The notes below the pieces were generated by a model. The model made no database searches, had not been told where the DNA came from, and worked only from the letters and a program-made list of their open reading frames with translations. Positions 31,383-41,159 of a stretch of DNA of 64,000 bases are shown in pieces. The DNA comes from a virus, in IMG/VR virus record IMGVR_UViG_3300014202_000536; one strand, 5' to 3'. The position numbers were made by a program, and so were the translations under genes. Every line of letters starts with the position of its first letter. The first letter of the stretch is position 1.

Positions 31383-31720
31383 AGGAGTTAAGGTGGGAGA
31401 GAGAGAGATTCTGGGTCGCACGTTGTCCTCACGCGTGCGTATAGTGGGCGCAGCGTGGTCAGGGCAGTGTGGAGAGTGGAAAGAACAACGAAAATGATGA
31501 CAGGCGGGATAATTTCTTGTTTATCAATTATTGATGAAACGAAACCACATGGCCTAGATACGTGAAAGCCGGTTTTTCGATTGATGTTTATTTTGTTGAA
31601 CAATATGTACACGTTATCCACGTGTTATATAATGAGCATACAAATGGACAACGGCGAAATGATTGGGACATCAATAATTGACGAGCAGCACCAACGGGAA
31701 AAACGGATCATTGAGGATAT

Positions 31721-31840
31721 GATTGGCATTGGCATTAACATTGACATTGACAATGACAATAACATTGGTAATGACATTGAATAACATTGACACTCGCAGT
31801 AACATTGGAATTGGCAATGGCAACAACATTGACAATGGTC
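31721..31840. repeat. Degenerate hexamer tandem array (CATTGR/CAATGR)
   Basis: cattggcattaacattgacattgacaatgacaataacattgg... in non-coding junction. Confidence 0.65.
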
Positions 31841-31998
31841 ATGTTTATCGCAATGCTGATCCTTGTCGTGATCTTGTGTGATCATCATGATTGGTGATGC
31901 ATGGAGCAGTTCTTAGCCATACTCGCAAGCTTGATTCTCACGATCATGATTATTGCAGCTGGTGTGAAAATCGTTGATTTTATTCTTGGTTCAGAGGA

Positions 31999-32295
31999 AT
32001 GGTGATGGGCACAGTTGCCTACGTCAAAGCCGCAACCACAGTCACTGAATACCCACTGGTCACGTTTGCTCGGAGCATTGGCAAGAATACGGCAGAGTTG
32101 AATGGCCGTGATTTAAAGCGCTTCCTGAAATGGCTGTGGAAGACAGAGCCATACAAGCACAAGCGATGGCAGCCAAAGGAACCGCTACGATATTTCAATG
32201 GGAAATTGCATGGACATGGCAATGAACGTGAACGAGAACGTAACATTGGGAAACTCGTGAGAGTTGCGAGTGTCAAGAAAAAGAAACGCGCATGA
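31999..32295 (+). CDS. Basic hypothetical protein, first gene of right arm
   Basis: GAGG SD; ORF. Confidence 0.5.
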   Translation: MVMGTVAYVKAATTVTEYPLVTFARSIGKNTAELNGRDLKRFLKWLWKTEPYKHKRWQPKEPLRYFNGKLHGHGNERERERNIGKLVRVASVKKKKRA

Positions 32296-32313
32296 CATCT
32301 CTAAGAGGGAGAG

Positions 32314-32901
32314 ATGGCAGTGGCAAAGAACCGGCGACTAGAAAAGGAACCTGATTATAATCTGAAACGACGGAAAGGTACCAATGTCCATCATTTGGAG
32401 ACATGTACCGCCTGTGGTTTTCCGATACCCGATCCACTGGACGTGGAAACTGGTCAATCAGTGCCGTGTTCTGATGGGCATGTGAGATGTGTGCGTTGCA
32501 AATGGCCGGTGGCCAAAGAACATATCTCACCAGCGGGCACATGCGTCGTGTGTATGAGTGCATATGATCGGAAACGGTATTACCGTCGGAAAGGCGATGC
32601 ACGGACCAGTGATGATATTCGAGACGTTGAAGAACGAGCGAACTTTGGGGCAGTGGTACCGGCAATGGACCGTGACAAAGAACGACAGCGCCAGCAACAG
32701 CCATGGAAAAAGAAATCACAGGACACTGAACAAGAGAAGGAGATGTCAGTATGCCACAATGGATTACACTCGCCATCCTCGGAGGACTTGGATATTGGTT
32801 CCTTGCCAAACCAGCCAGTGCAGCAACCACAGTCGTTGAACAAAAATACGACAAGCCCATTGGACCAGGACTCACTGGCGTTACCAATGTCTCAAGAGTA
32901 A
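32314..32901 (+). CDS. Multi-Cys zinc-finger protein
   Basis: CTAC, CSDGH, CVRC, CVVC. Confidence 0.55.
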   Translation: MAVAKNRRLEKEPDYNLKRRKGTNVHHLETCTACGFPIPDPLDVETGQSVPCSDGHVRCVRCKWPVAKEHISPAGTCVVCMSAYDRKRYYRRKGDARTSDDIRDVEERANFGAVVPAMDRDKERQRQQQPWKKKSQDTEQEKEMSVCHNGLHSPSSEDLDIGSLPNQPVQQPQSLNKNTTSPLDQDSLALPMSQE

Positions 32902-32957
32902 GAGTGGTTGAGACAGCGGACGTGCCAATGGGAACGTTTGCCAAGGGGAATTGGTAG
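32751..32957 (+). CDS. Small N-anchored membrane protein
   Basis: AAGGAG SD; MPQWITLAILGGLGYWFLAK helix. Confidence 0.6.
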   Translation: MPQWITLAILGGLGYWFLAKPASAATTVVEQKYDKPIGPGLTGVTNVSRVRVVETADVPMGTFAKGNW

Positions 32958-32988
32958 TAAGAGAAACCACTGAGAGAGGGCAGTGATC

Positions 32989-33300
32989 ATGAAAGATATC
33001 TTGCTCATTGGCATGCTATTGACAGCGGTCGTGATCATGAACAGTTGTGGAGGTTCACGGCCAACACCACCGCCACCGCAGCCACCGCCAATGAAAAAGG
33101 TGATGTTTGCGTGGGAGGCGGGAGAGTGTCATGACATTTTCACACTCTACGAGATCACAGCCACTGGCAAACGAGCTGTGAGTAAGACTGACGAGCCGAC
33201 AGTGACATTGGTCATACAGCCACGAGAGAGCCAATGGCAAGTGAGTGGGTTGTGTGGCACTGAAGAATATTTTTCAGAGATCGCGGCACTACAGCCATAG
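32989..33300 (+). CDS. Lipoprotein with Pro linker and small beta domain
   Basis: Signal peptide ending MNSC; PTPPPPQPPP. Confidence 0.55.
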   Translation: MKDILLIGMLLTAVVIMNSCGGSRPTPPPPQPPPMKKVMFAWEAGECHDIFTLYEITATGKRAVSKTDEPTVTLVIQPRESQWQVSGLCGTEEYFSEIAALQP

Positions 33301-33310
33301 GATGGTGTCT

Positions 33311-33502
33311 ATGCATTGTCCACGCTGTCAAGGGCTCATGGCAAAATATTGGCTATGTGACGGCAATGAGTGGGAGTTGGCGTGGAAATGTTATAACTGT
33401 GGCAATGTCTTGGATGCACTGATCTTGGTCAATCATCACAGAGTCATACAGTCAGCGTTGATACGTGGTGGTGGCAGAAAGCGGTCGTATGAAACAAGCT
33501 AA
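33311..33502 (+). CDS. CxxCxGLM...WxCxNCG zinc-ribbon protein
   Basis: MHCPRCQGLM..WKCYNCGNVLDALI. Confidence 0.65.
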   Translation: MHCPRCQGLMAKYWLCDGNEWELAWKCYNCGNVLDALILVNHHRVIQSALIRGGGRKRSYETS

Positions 33503-33932
33503 CGCACTCAAACGCGCGCGAATACGGCAGTTGATCTGGAAGGCCGTGGACAAACATGGCATTGGGCTTGCTGCGGCCACGCGCATGATCATGCAGAAAC
33601 TAGCTCATGATCCTGAATGGGAGTTATTGAAAGACAACATTAAAGTGGGAGTGGCTCATATGCGTGGGAAAAATCCAAAGAAACGACGACGACATGTAAA
33701 GAATCCACATCTCAGATCTGGCAAATGGCAGTTCGTTGGGATGTTTGAGAAACGTGACATTAAACAAGTCAAGAGGATTTTGCGTGTGCATGGCATGAAA
33801 ACGAAAGTGACCAAAGATCATTACAAACAAGAGCCTGGAATGCGGGAGTTGTACGTTGAACGTGGCGCATTCGCAACAGCGTATCGAGCCATTGCAGCAT
33901 TATTTGTCAGTGATAAAGATATGGCTGCGTAG
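33489..33932 (+). CDS. Basic NP-motif protein
   Basis: RGKNPKKRRRHVKNP. Confidence 0.6.
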   Translation: MKQANALKRARIRQLIWKAVDKHGIGLAAATRMIMQKLAHDPEWELLKDNIKVGVAHMRGKNPKKRRRHVKNPHLRSGKWQFVGMFEKRDIKQVKRILRVHGMKTKVTKDHYKQEPGMRELYVERGAFATAYRAIAALFVSDKDMAA

Positions 33933-34003
33933 CGCACATGGCAGTGGCTGGCAGCGACAGAATACGCGCGATCATTAAAGATGAAAAATAAAGGAGATTG
34001 GTT

Positions 34004-34246
34004 ATGTCAGCAAAATTACTGTCAAAAACAATGAAACGTATTGAACGTATGGAAAAGCGCTGTGATAAGGCTGATGATAAACTCACGGCATTGAAAGTGA
34101 AATTGAAAAAGACTGACGATCCACGGAAAAAGAAGTCATTGAAAAAGAAAATCAGGACAGCCACAAAACGATATAACCGCATGCATCGCAAATTCATGAA
34201 GAAGAGCACGCAGCTCATGAAAAAGGCTGCCAAGAAAAACGACTAA
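34004..34246 (+). CDS. Very basic coiled-coil protein (DNA-condensing candidate)
   Basis: AAGGAG SD; Lys/Arg-rich. Confidence 0.55.
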   Translation: MSAKLLSKTMKRIERMEKRCDKADDKLTALKVKLKKTDDPRKKKSLKKKIRTATKRYNRMHRKFMKKSTQLMKKAAKKND

Positions 34247-34272
34247 TCGTGAGCATGATATAGGAGATGATC

Positions 34273-35193
34273 ATGGCAAATTCTGTAGGCGTTGGTTTTC
34301 CATCGACAAATCTTCAGAAAGGTCATACATTCCATGATCTTGACGAAGGCGCAACGTATATTTTTCTTGGTGGTCCACCACGACTCGCATCGAGCTGGCG
34401 ATTGGTGAATGGGATTTTTCCAAACAATCCTGATACAACGCTTTGGGGTGCTTCACAAGCTGGTGCGACATGGTATAACCTGTCATTAAATTCACTCATG
34501 ATGTGGACAGGAACCGAAGCTGTTCGTGTACGAGATAGCAACTCACCATATACGGTGCCTGATTATCGGCGGCAGTTAGTCGTACAGGAAGATTTCTTGG
34601 GTGGGACAAATACGTCTGGGAATTTTGGAAGTAGTGGATTCAATGGATTTTCAGGTACAACGACAATCATTGTGTCTGAACCGCCGTACATTGGGTTGAT
34701 TCGTCGGGCGACAGGCGCTGTTGCTGGGACGATTGCATCGATTGGGTTAGGTGGTACATCAAACCTCATTCCAACAACATTGGACATGAATTGTTTATGG
34801 ATTGCGCGACTCAATACGGTCGATGCTGACGTGATCATGCGTATTGGCATGATGAATTCAATGACAACAAATCCACCGGCATTAGGTGCGTATTTTGAGA
34901 AACTGGCGGCAGATGTCAATTGGTTCATGGTCAATCGAGAAACAAATATTTCTGATACACGCGTTGATACTGGCATTCCGGTGAATACATCATTTACAAA
35001 ATTCGAAATTAGTCGATCAGGTGCAACAAGTACATTTAAAATAAACGGCGTGACACTTGGCTCAATTTCATTGACGCCGCCAGTTGGGAATGTCAATCCA
35101 GCCTGTCATGTGTCAAATGGCGCTGCGGCCGCAGATAAAACAGCGGACTTTGATTTATGTCGATTCGTTACAGACGGAACAATTGATCGATAA
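34273..35193 (+). CDS. Putative spike/receptor-binding protein: anchor module plus lectin-like beta-sandwich
   Basis: C-terminal domain paralogous to 43298-45483 trio; N-terminus shared with 35205. Confidence 0.6.
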   Translation: MANSVGVGFPSTNLQKGHTFHDLDEGATYIFLGGPPRLASSWRLVNGIFPNNPDTTLWGASQAGATWYNLSLNSLMMWTGTEAVRVRDSNSPYTVPDYRRQLVVQEDFLGGTNTSGNFGSSGFNGFSGTTTIIVSEPPYIGLIRRATGAVAGTIASIGLGGTSNLIPTTLDMNCLWIARLNTVDADVIMRIGMMNSMTTNPPALGAYFEKLAADVNWFMVNRETNISDTRVDTGIPVNTSFTKFEISRSGATSTFKINGVTLGSISLTPPVGNVNPACHVSNGAAAADKTADFDLCRFVTDGTIDR

Positions 35194-35204
35194 TAGGAAA
35201 CATC

Positions 35205-36251
35205 ATGGCCAATTCTTTTGGTGGCGGGTTTCCACGGACCGACATTCAATATGGTCATTTGCATTACACAAGAGAAACTCGGACGCTGTGGATGTATGTC
35301 GGTGATAATCCACAGCTTGAGACCTGTTGGGTGGCGATCTTTAGTCAGACGCCACTCGACGTCTCAAAGCTTACTGCCAACCAACGCGGCTCATCATGGA
35401 TTGATCATAATGGCGCAGTGAAACGATGGAATGGGAGTGCGAGTGTCGATAACGTGGACGTGCACATTGATAACATCAAACGAAAAGTACGGCCATTAAC
35501 GTTTCAAGTTTACGATGCCACAGCGTATCAGAATAAGCCAGATTTACAGGCATTGTATGGGATTCGGCGTGCACGTGTGCTTTTTGAGAATACGTTCTTT
35601 AATGGACAACCGGATCATACGGCACTCCCATTACAAAATACGGTCACAAACATTGCAGTAAGTGCAGCAACAGAACCAGATGACGTGTTGATTGTTTCTG
35701 ATATTGAGAGTTACCAATATTATACAGACGACGCATTTGGTGCACAGCAACGACAGAACATTATTCAAGTGCATAATTGGATGTTTGCTGTCAAGCCGAC
35801 CATGAATCTTGGCATGTACGCGCATATTCCACAACGAGAATACCGAGCATTCATGCATACACCAGCTGGCTTTGCTGGCTGGCAAGCACGGAACGATCTT
35901 ATGCGAGAGGTTGTGCCGAGTGTGAGGTTCATTGCACCGTCATTGTATACATTTTATGAAGATCGGAATGAGTGGATTCGTTACGCCAAACTAAACATGG
36001 CAGAAGCACGGCGCTATGCTGGTGGGTTGCCGGTCTATCCATTCATTTGGTTTCGGTATCATGATAGTGTCTTGCCACTTGAAAACGCGCATATTCCGGC
36101 TGATTATTGGGCATTACAGTTAAATGTTCTTCGTGAGTTGGCTGATGGCGTGATCATTTGGGCTGGCGGAAAAGATACAGTCTGGAATGAGACATTGCCA
36201 TGGTGGGTGGCAACAAAGGCATTTGTGCAATATCATGCAGTACATGGATAA
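35205..36251 (+). CDS. Anchor module plus TIM-barrel glycoside hydrolase-like domain
   Basis: SDIE, APSLYTFY, ADGVIIWAG motifs resembling hyaluronidase-type barrels. Confidence 0.55.
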   Translation: MANSFGGGFPRTDIQYGHLHYTRETRTLWMYVGDNPQLETCWVAIFSQTPLDVSKLTANQRGSSWIDHNGAVKRWNGSASVDNVDVHIDNIKRKVRPLTFQVYDATAYQNKPDLQALYGIRRARVLFENTFFNGQPDHTALPLQNTVTNIAVSAATEPDDVLIVSDIESYQYYTDDAFGAQQRQNIIQVHNWMFAVKPTMNLGMYAHIPQREYRAFMHTPAGFAGWQARNDLMREVVPSVRFIAPSLYTFYEDRNEWIRYAKLNMAEARRYAGGLPVYPFIWFRYHDSVLPLENAHIPADYWALQLNVLRELADGVIIWAGGKDTVWNETLPWWVATKAFVQYHAVHG

Positions 36252-36263
36252 GAGGGAGATATC

Positions 36264-36800
36264 ATGGCGAAGGATACGTTTCGATATACCATCCATCGTG
36301 TTGGTGTCAAGAAGGCCTTGAAACGTGGTGAGATCCGAAAGAAGACCATGTTACAGACCATCAAGGCCATTCAACGAAAAATCAAGAAGCTTGTGACGAA
36401 ACAACACATCCCATTGTACGTCAAAATCTGGAACACAGAAGACGACACCGACACGTTCGTAAAACAATACGATACCAAGGCAGATTTCCGTGGGACACGG
36501 AAGCCGGCAAAATGGCGACAGAAGTTGTCGAGAAAAGCAAAGTACTCGCGCACCTTTGACCCAACCCCCATGTTGTGGTTCGTGGCGATTGGGAAACGTG
36601 GGCAAATTGACTTGACAAAACTCGCTTATACGCCGGCACGGCAAACGCTCTTGAAGAAAAAGAGGAAACGGCTATTTGGGCCATTTGATACTGAAGATGC
36701 AGCGGCAGCGTTCAGGGCAAAGATCATGGCCAAGCTTGATCAGCGGGAGACACAATTCTCGCAGTCACGTCGGTATAAAGGTCGGATGGAGGAAGAATAA
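36264..36800 (+). CDS. Basic hypothetical protein
   Basis: SD; Lys/Arg-rich; FGPFDT motif. Confidence 0.55.
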   Translation: MAKDTFRYTIHRVGVKKALKRGEIRKKTMLQTIKAIQRKIKKLVTKQHIPLYVKIWNTEDDTDTFVKQYDTKADFRGTRKPAKWRQKLSRKAKYSRTFDPTPMLWFVAIGKRGQIDLTKLAYTPARQTLLKKKRKRLFGPFDTEDAAAAFRAKIMAKLDQRETQFSQSRRYKGRMEEE

Positions 36801-36999
36801 CCATGGCAAAGAAACGCCGACGAAGAGTGACACGATCGTCCGCTGAAAAGAAACGAGATGCCATTACCAAAGAAATGGATAGTTTACGAGTCAAGATTGA
36901 AAAGCTACAAGCACGATACGAGTTGCTTGACGAACGGTGGGTCAGACTCGATGAAATTGTTGAAGGACAAGGCGAAGGTCATGTGTAAAGGAGGCGGTC

Positions 37000-38016
37000 A
37001 TGGCATTTTATGAAGTTGCACATGGCTATGTCGGTCTTGGCTCAATGGAAGTCTATCGGACGGCTGAACAGGCTGCCGCTGATCTCAAGACGTTTAGCCA
37101 TGAATTACCAGTGCCAGAAAATGCAGGCTTGCTCGTGCAGCAAACGGTCATGGATTATGCTGTGAGTCGTGGTCGTTTGGCTGATTTGCAAGGCGAAGTC
37201 TATCGCGTCCGAGAGAAGCTGACGAATCTGACACGGCTGATCGAAGATAAAGGCAATGAATTGGAAAGTCTTGGCATGGGTGGTGCCAAAGACATGGCAT
37301 TGTCGGCAGTGAAAATGGGCGTGAAATTGATTCCTGGCTATGGCAAACTCTTTGCCATGTTCGACATGCTCTTGGGAATGTTTGGTATTGACATCTTTGG
37401 TGGCAATGCAGAAAAGAAACGTGCACGTGCTGAGCAATTGATCGAGGAAGTGAAAAAGCTCGTGGAAGAGGCGTCGTTCTGGACAGCGCGATTAAAGAAG
37501 CTGCAAGCTGAAGGTGAGACATTGGCTGCGGCATTTGAAAAAGGTGAAGGCGCTGTGTCATCGGTCTTGATCAATAAAGAGATCGATGTCAAGAAGCATT
37601 ACACGACCTATAAAGATGACAAAGGCATGCTGACAGGTGCCGTGAAAATCGAAAAGAAAGAACACATCAGGAAAGATCCATATTTGCAATTGTCGGAGGA
37701 ATTGGCATCGAGAAAAACAATTTCAACGACAGGTGCAAAGTTGCCAGTGGGCTTTCAACAAATCTATTCACCGGCATTAAAGAACAAATCCATCATTGCA
37801 CAAATAGAACCACCGAAAGCGTCACCGGAAATTGTCACTGGGCATAAGCTGGTCTATGGTGGCTTAGCTGATCTGCCATTACAAGATCGCGTGGCACCGT
37901 TGATCCCATTGACAATGGCATTTGGTGGGATGCTTTTGTTCTTGAATATGCTCATGGATCTTGATCGTCAGCCATTGCGTGTGCGTCAAGTCTATGTGCC
38001 ACGAAGGAGATTCTGA
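37000..38016 (+). CDS. Coiled-coil membrane-associated virion protein candidate
   Basis: GLG near N-terminus, coiled coils around a hydrophobic hairpin, C-terminal TM. Confidence 0.55.
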   Translation: MAFYEVAHGYVGLGSMEVYRTAEQAAADLKTFSHELPVPENAGLLVQQTVMDYAVSRGRLADLQGEVYRVREKLTNLTRLIEDKGNELESLGMGGAKDMALSAVKMGVKLIPGYGKLFAMFDMLLGMFGIDIFGGNAEKKRARAEQLIEEVKKLVEEASFWTARLKKLQAEGETLAAAFEKGEGAVSSVLINKEIDVKKHYTTYKDDKGMLTGAVKIEKKEHIRKDPYLQLSEELASRKTISTTGAKLPVGFQQIYSPALKNKSIIAQIEPPKASPEIVTGHKLVYGGLADLPLQDRVAPLIPLTMAFGGMLLFLNMLMDLDRQPLRVRQVYVPRRRF

Positions 38017-38738
38017 TGAGACGCCGACGCAGATTACGGAATGCGCCATCGTCAAAGTCTGAGCTGGTTGAGAGTTTGCTCCGACTTGGCGATATTGCGC
38101 GGAATAATCAAGTCGGTGAAGTGACAGTGGCATTGGATAAGGCCAAGCAGCTCATTGACAAATATGGGCTATCATATCTACAGCCAACGTATCAAAAGTT
38201 GGTTGACAAGGTGGCGGCATTTCAACGTGGCGAAAAAGTCGAACGGGATGATGAGTCACAATCATCTCATCGTAGAAGTACATCAGATTCTTGGCAAAGT
38301 CGGGCATGGCAAGATGCGAAACGTAGAACATATTCATCTTCTGGGTACTCACGATCAAGTGGCTATACGAAACAAGAACGTGAACAAACACGGAAGACAG
38401 CCGATGATATTCGTCGAGAACGTGCAAGAGCCAAACGTGATGCAAGAGAGCGTTGGAAGGATGAGCATAAGAGAAAGCGTCGTGAACGGAGAGAACAAGA
38501 AAAGGCACAAGCGCGCGCACAAAAGAAAGCATCAGCGGCTGGATATAAGCGACCAAAGAAAAGCACGCACATTGAATGGCTGTGGACAAAGACATGGAGT
38601 CCGAAACGTGGCAAAGCTGGTGAACGATGGAAGGCCTATTACGGCGCAGCTACGATCGAAGAGATGCTCGCAAAAGGCGGGCGCTGGTCTGATGTGAAAT
38701 GGAATATCACACATAATCTCATGCGGATCAAGGACTAA
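38016..38738 (+). CDS. DUF2786-like N-domain plus basic linker plus small C-terminal domain
   Basis: LLRL..GE..AL.KA..L..KYGL; C-terminal PKRG..R..Y..T.EE.L..GG..D..W. Confidence 0.55.
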   Translation: MRRRRRLRNAPSSKSELVESLLRLGDIARNNQVGEVTVALDKAKQLIDKYGLSYLQPTYQKLVDKVAAFQRGEKVERDDESQSSHRRSTSDSWQSRAWQDAKRRTYSSSGYSRSSGYTKQEREQTRKTADDIRRERARAKRDARERWKDEHKRKRRERREQEKAQARAQKKASAAGYKRPKKSTHIEWLWTKTWSPKRGKAGERWKAYYGAATIEEMLAKGGRWSDVKWNITHNLMRIKD

Positions 38739-38740
38739 TC

Positions 38741-38986
38741 ATGGCCAAACGAAAGCGCCAGCGACGCCGAAAGAATCCAGTGGACATTAGTCGGTACGGT
38801 GATCTGTTCTATGACATGGCAGCGGAATTCAATGAGTTGGTCTTGATCACGATCGCGGAAGTTTATGAGCATGATCCATCCATTACAGATGCAGAGATCG
38901 TGCCGATCGAGAAGATGGCCAAGATCAAGAAAATGATTGGCGCGAATATTTTCAAAGCGTGGGTGCAGATGCAGCGAGGTCGGTAG
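38741..38986 (+). CDS. Basic NP-motif protein
   Basis: MAKRKRQRRRKNP. Confidence 0.6.
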   Translation: MAKRKRQRRRKNPVDISRYGDLFYDMAAEFNELVLITIAEVYEHDPSITDAEIVPIEKMAKIKKMIGANIFKAWVQMQRGR

Positions 38987-39014
38987 ATACATGAGGGAAG
39001 TTAAATAGGAGGAG

Positions 39015-40949
39015 ATGGGTATGGCGAAGAAACCGCAGCGTAAGATTCCGTTGAAAGATATCATTGATGAGGAGGCGAGAGAGGCAGAACAAGAAGAACT
39101 TGGTGCCGATCCTGCCTTTGATCCTGATCGTGATCTTGGGAGTGCCTTTTCGCATGGACCGTCGGCATTCCGTCGGACGATGCAAGACAAAGATCAGTTG
39201 GTCATTGATGAGCTGTTGGCGACGTTGCCAAAGAATCAAGGCTACTATCTGAAGTTGTATCGTGAAATCATGCCGGGAAAGTTTGAGATCAAAGAGCGCA
39301 TTGATCAATACGATACATGGACGGACATGGAATGGGAGATCACTGAACGTGTCCGTGCCATGACACGGCGATTCGGTGTTAAGAAATGGGGCAGTGGGCT
39401 GTATCGCATCGTAGTCTGGCGCAATGGCGGTATTCGTGAACGAAACAAGTATCCGCCAGTTGACGTGGTTGTGGATGCTGGTGACGAAGCCGATGCCGCA
39501 GCCAATATGCATACTGGTCGTGTCGATCCTGTCGAAGCGGCCAATGAGCAACTTCATGCACTTGGCAATATGTTATCGGCAGTGCAGAACGTGATGCCAA
39601 AGGCTGTGGATCCGAACGTACAATTTCAGGCCATCGTCCAAGCCTTTACAGCTGGGAAAGAAGAGAAGCGAGAAGCTGCCCGCACAGACAGTAATGCAAT
39701 GGTCACGATGATGTCAACGATGATGACAAGTATGATGGGACTTGTCACAGCGATGATGCAGAATAAAGGTGGTGGTAGTGCCGAGGTTGCCAAGCCGTTT
39801 GAAGAGCAAATGGCATCGATGATGACTTTGATGAAGGGGTTTGGCTTTGGCCAACAACCACAACCAAAGTCGCTCGTCGAACAGATCACTGAAATGAAAA
39901 TGCTTGGCTGGGATCCAACCGCAAAGGAAGATACCATCGAGCAAATCGCGAAGTTGAAGGCAATGACAGGGGCATTGGTCGATGTCATGCCAACGAATGG
40001 GCAGCCAGTTGAACGACCAGGCATCTTCGAGAAGTTGGTTGATGCATTGGCACCACACGTGCCGAAGCTGTTTGCGGATATGAAAGCCGTGACAGAGAAC
40101 GTGGCATTGGCGCAACAATTACAAGCCACGCGATTGGCAGCAATGCCACCACAACCAACACCAACTGAGAATCGACCGACAACTCGGTATGGACAACCAG
40201 TTGGTCCTCAAGAGAGGATGGGATTATCAGATGCCTTTCAAGAACCTCCTGATATGGATCCATACTCGGGTTTTCAGACGCGTCCTTTCCAAGCTCGAAC
40301 GGGAGAGGACGCTGGCATTGAAATGTTCGAATCAGTTACAGGCGCGACGAATGAAGAACGGCGTGCTGCTGCGATGGGGCAGCGACCGGTGCGGCAAGAA
40401 GAAGCAGTTGTATCACATCAGCCAACGCAACCCAGACCAACCGGTCGACAGGCTGATCCTGTGGTTGAGACATTAGCTGCACAACAGAATGGCGCGCCAC
40501 CGCCACAAGATGCGTTGCCACCGATGTTGCAGCAATTGTATTTGCTCATTACTGAGAATGCTGTGAACATGTATGGGCAGTTGTTTGAGGTGTTGTCATC
40601 GAGTGAAGAAACAATGGCAATGATCGAGGCCGTGCAGAGCAAGGCATTGGATGGAGAGATGCTGACGGATGAATTGCGGAAGACAGGCTTTCCAATCTTG
40701 CAAGAAGCTGGCTTTATCATTCAGTCCAAACGCTATCTCAATGGCTTTGTTGCCTGGGTCATAGAGAACACCATTGGGAAGGCGCATGCCTTGTGTCAGA
40801 ATTGCGCAACGGAACATATCTTTGAGAATCGCTACGAATTTAGTAAGGTCAAGCCAATCTGTGGACTTGATTGTAGCGCAACAGAGCAATGTCAAGGGTT
40901 ATTGAAGCTCGTGACAGACGCACGGCAGGAAGTTGGCAGTGTCTCGTAG
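39015..40949 (+). CDS. Large hypothetical protein, Met/Gln/Pro-rich centre, C-terminal Zn-binding motif
   Basis: AGGAGGAG SD; CQNC...C..C..C at C-terminus. Confidence 0.7.
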   Translation: MGMAKKPQRKIPLKDIIDEEAREAEQEELGADPAFDPDRDLGSAFSHGPSAFRRTMQDKDQLVIDELLATLPKNQGYYLKLYREIMPGKFEIKERIDQYDTWTDMEWEITERVRAMTRRFGVKKWGSGLYRIVVWRNGGIRERNKYPPVDVVVDAGDEADAAANMHTGRVDPVEAANEQLHALGNMLSAVQNVMPKAVDPNVQFQAIVQAFTAGKEEKREAARTDSNAMVTMMSTMMTSMMGLVTAMMQNKGGGSAEVAKPFEEQMASMMTLMKGFGFGQQPQPKSLVEQITEMKMLGWDPTAKEDTIEQIAKLKAMTGALVDVMPTNGQPVERPGIFEKLVDALAPHVPKLFADMKAVTENVALAQQLQATRLAAMPPQPTPTENRPTTRYGQPVGPQERMGLSDAFQEPPDMDPYSGFQTRPFQARTGEDAGIEMFESVTGATNEERRAAAMGQRPVRQEEAVVSHQPTQPRPTGRQADPVVETLAAQQNGAPPPQDALPPMLQQLYLLITENAVNMYGQLFEVLSSSEETMAMIEAVQSKALDGEMLTDELRKTGFPILQEAGFIIQSKRYLNGFVAWVIENTIGKAHALCQNCATEHIFENRYEFSKVKPICGLDCSATEQCQGLLKLVTDARQEVGSVS

Positions 40950-41159
40950 AGCTGCAGCCATCGTCGTCATTGATGGCAAGAATCTTGAGATTGAACATAT
41001 CTATGTCAATATGACATTGAAGGCGGCCATGCGCCTTTTCGTATCCGATATCAAGATGAATATTGATACCTCGTATGACGATATGCGTGATGAATTAGCT
41101 GATGCATTGAATCGCTTTCAGTTCGTGGAAATAAGTAACGTGACATTTGGGAGACGCAC

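Noticed and set aside
31721..31888. CRISPR array, or real ORFs 31581..31784 and 31625..31888
   Set aside because: Units are 6-bp degenerate with no spacers; the ORFs are low-complexity translations of the repeat without SD sites
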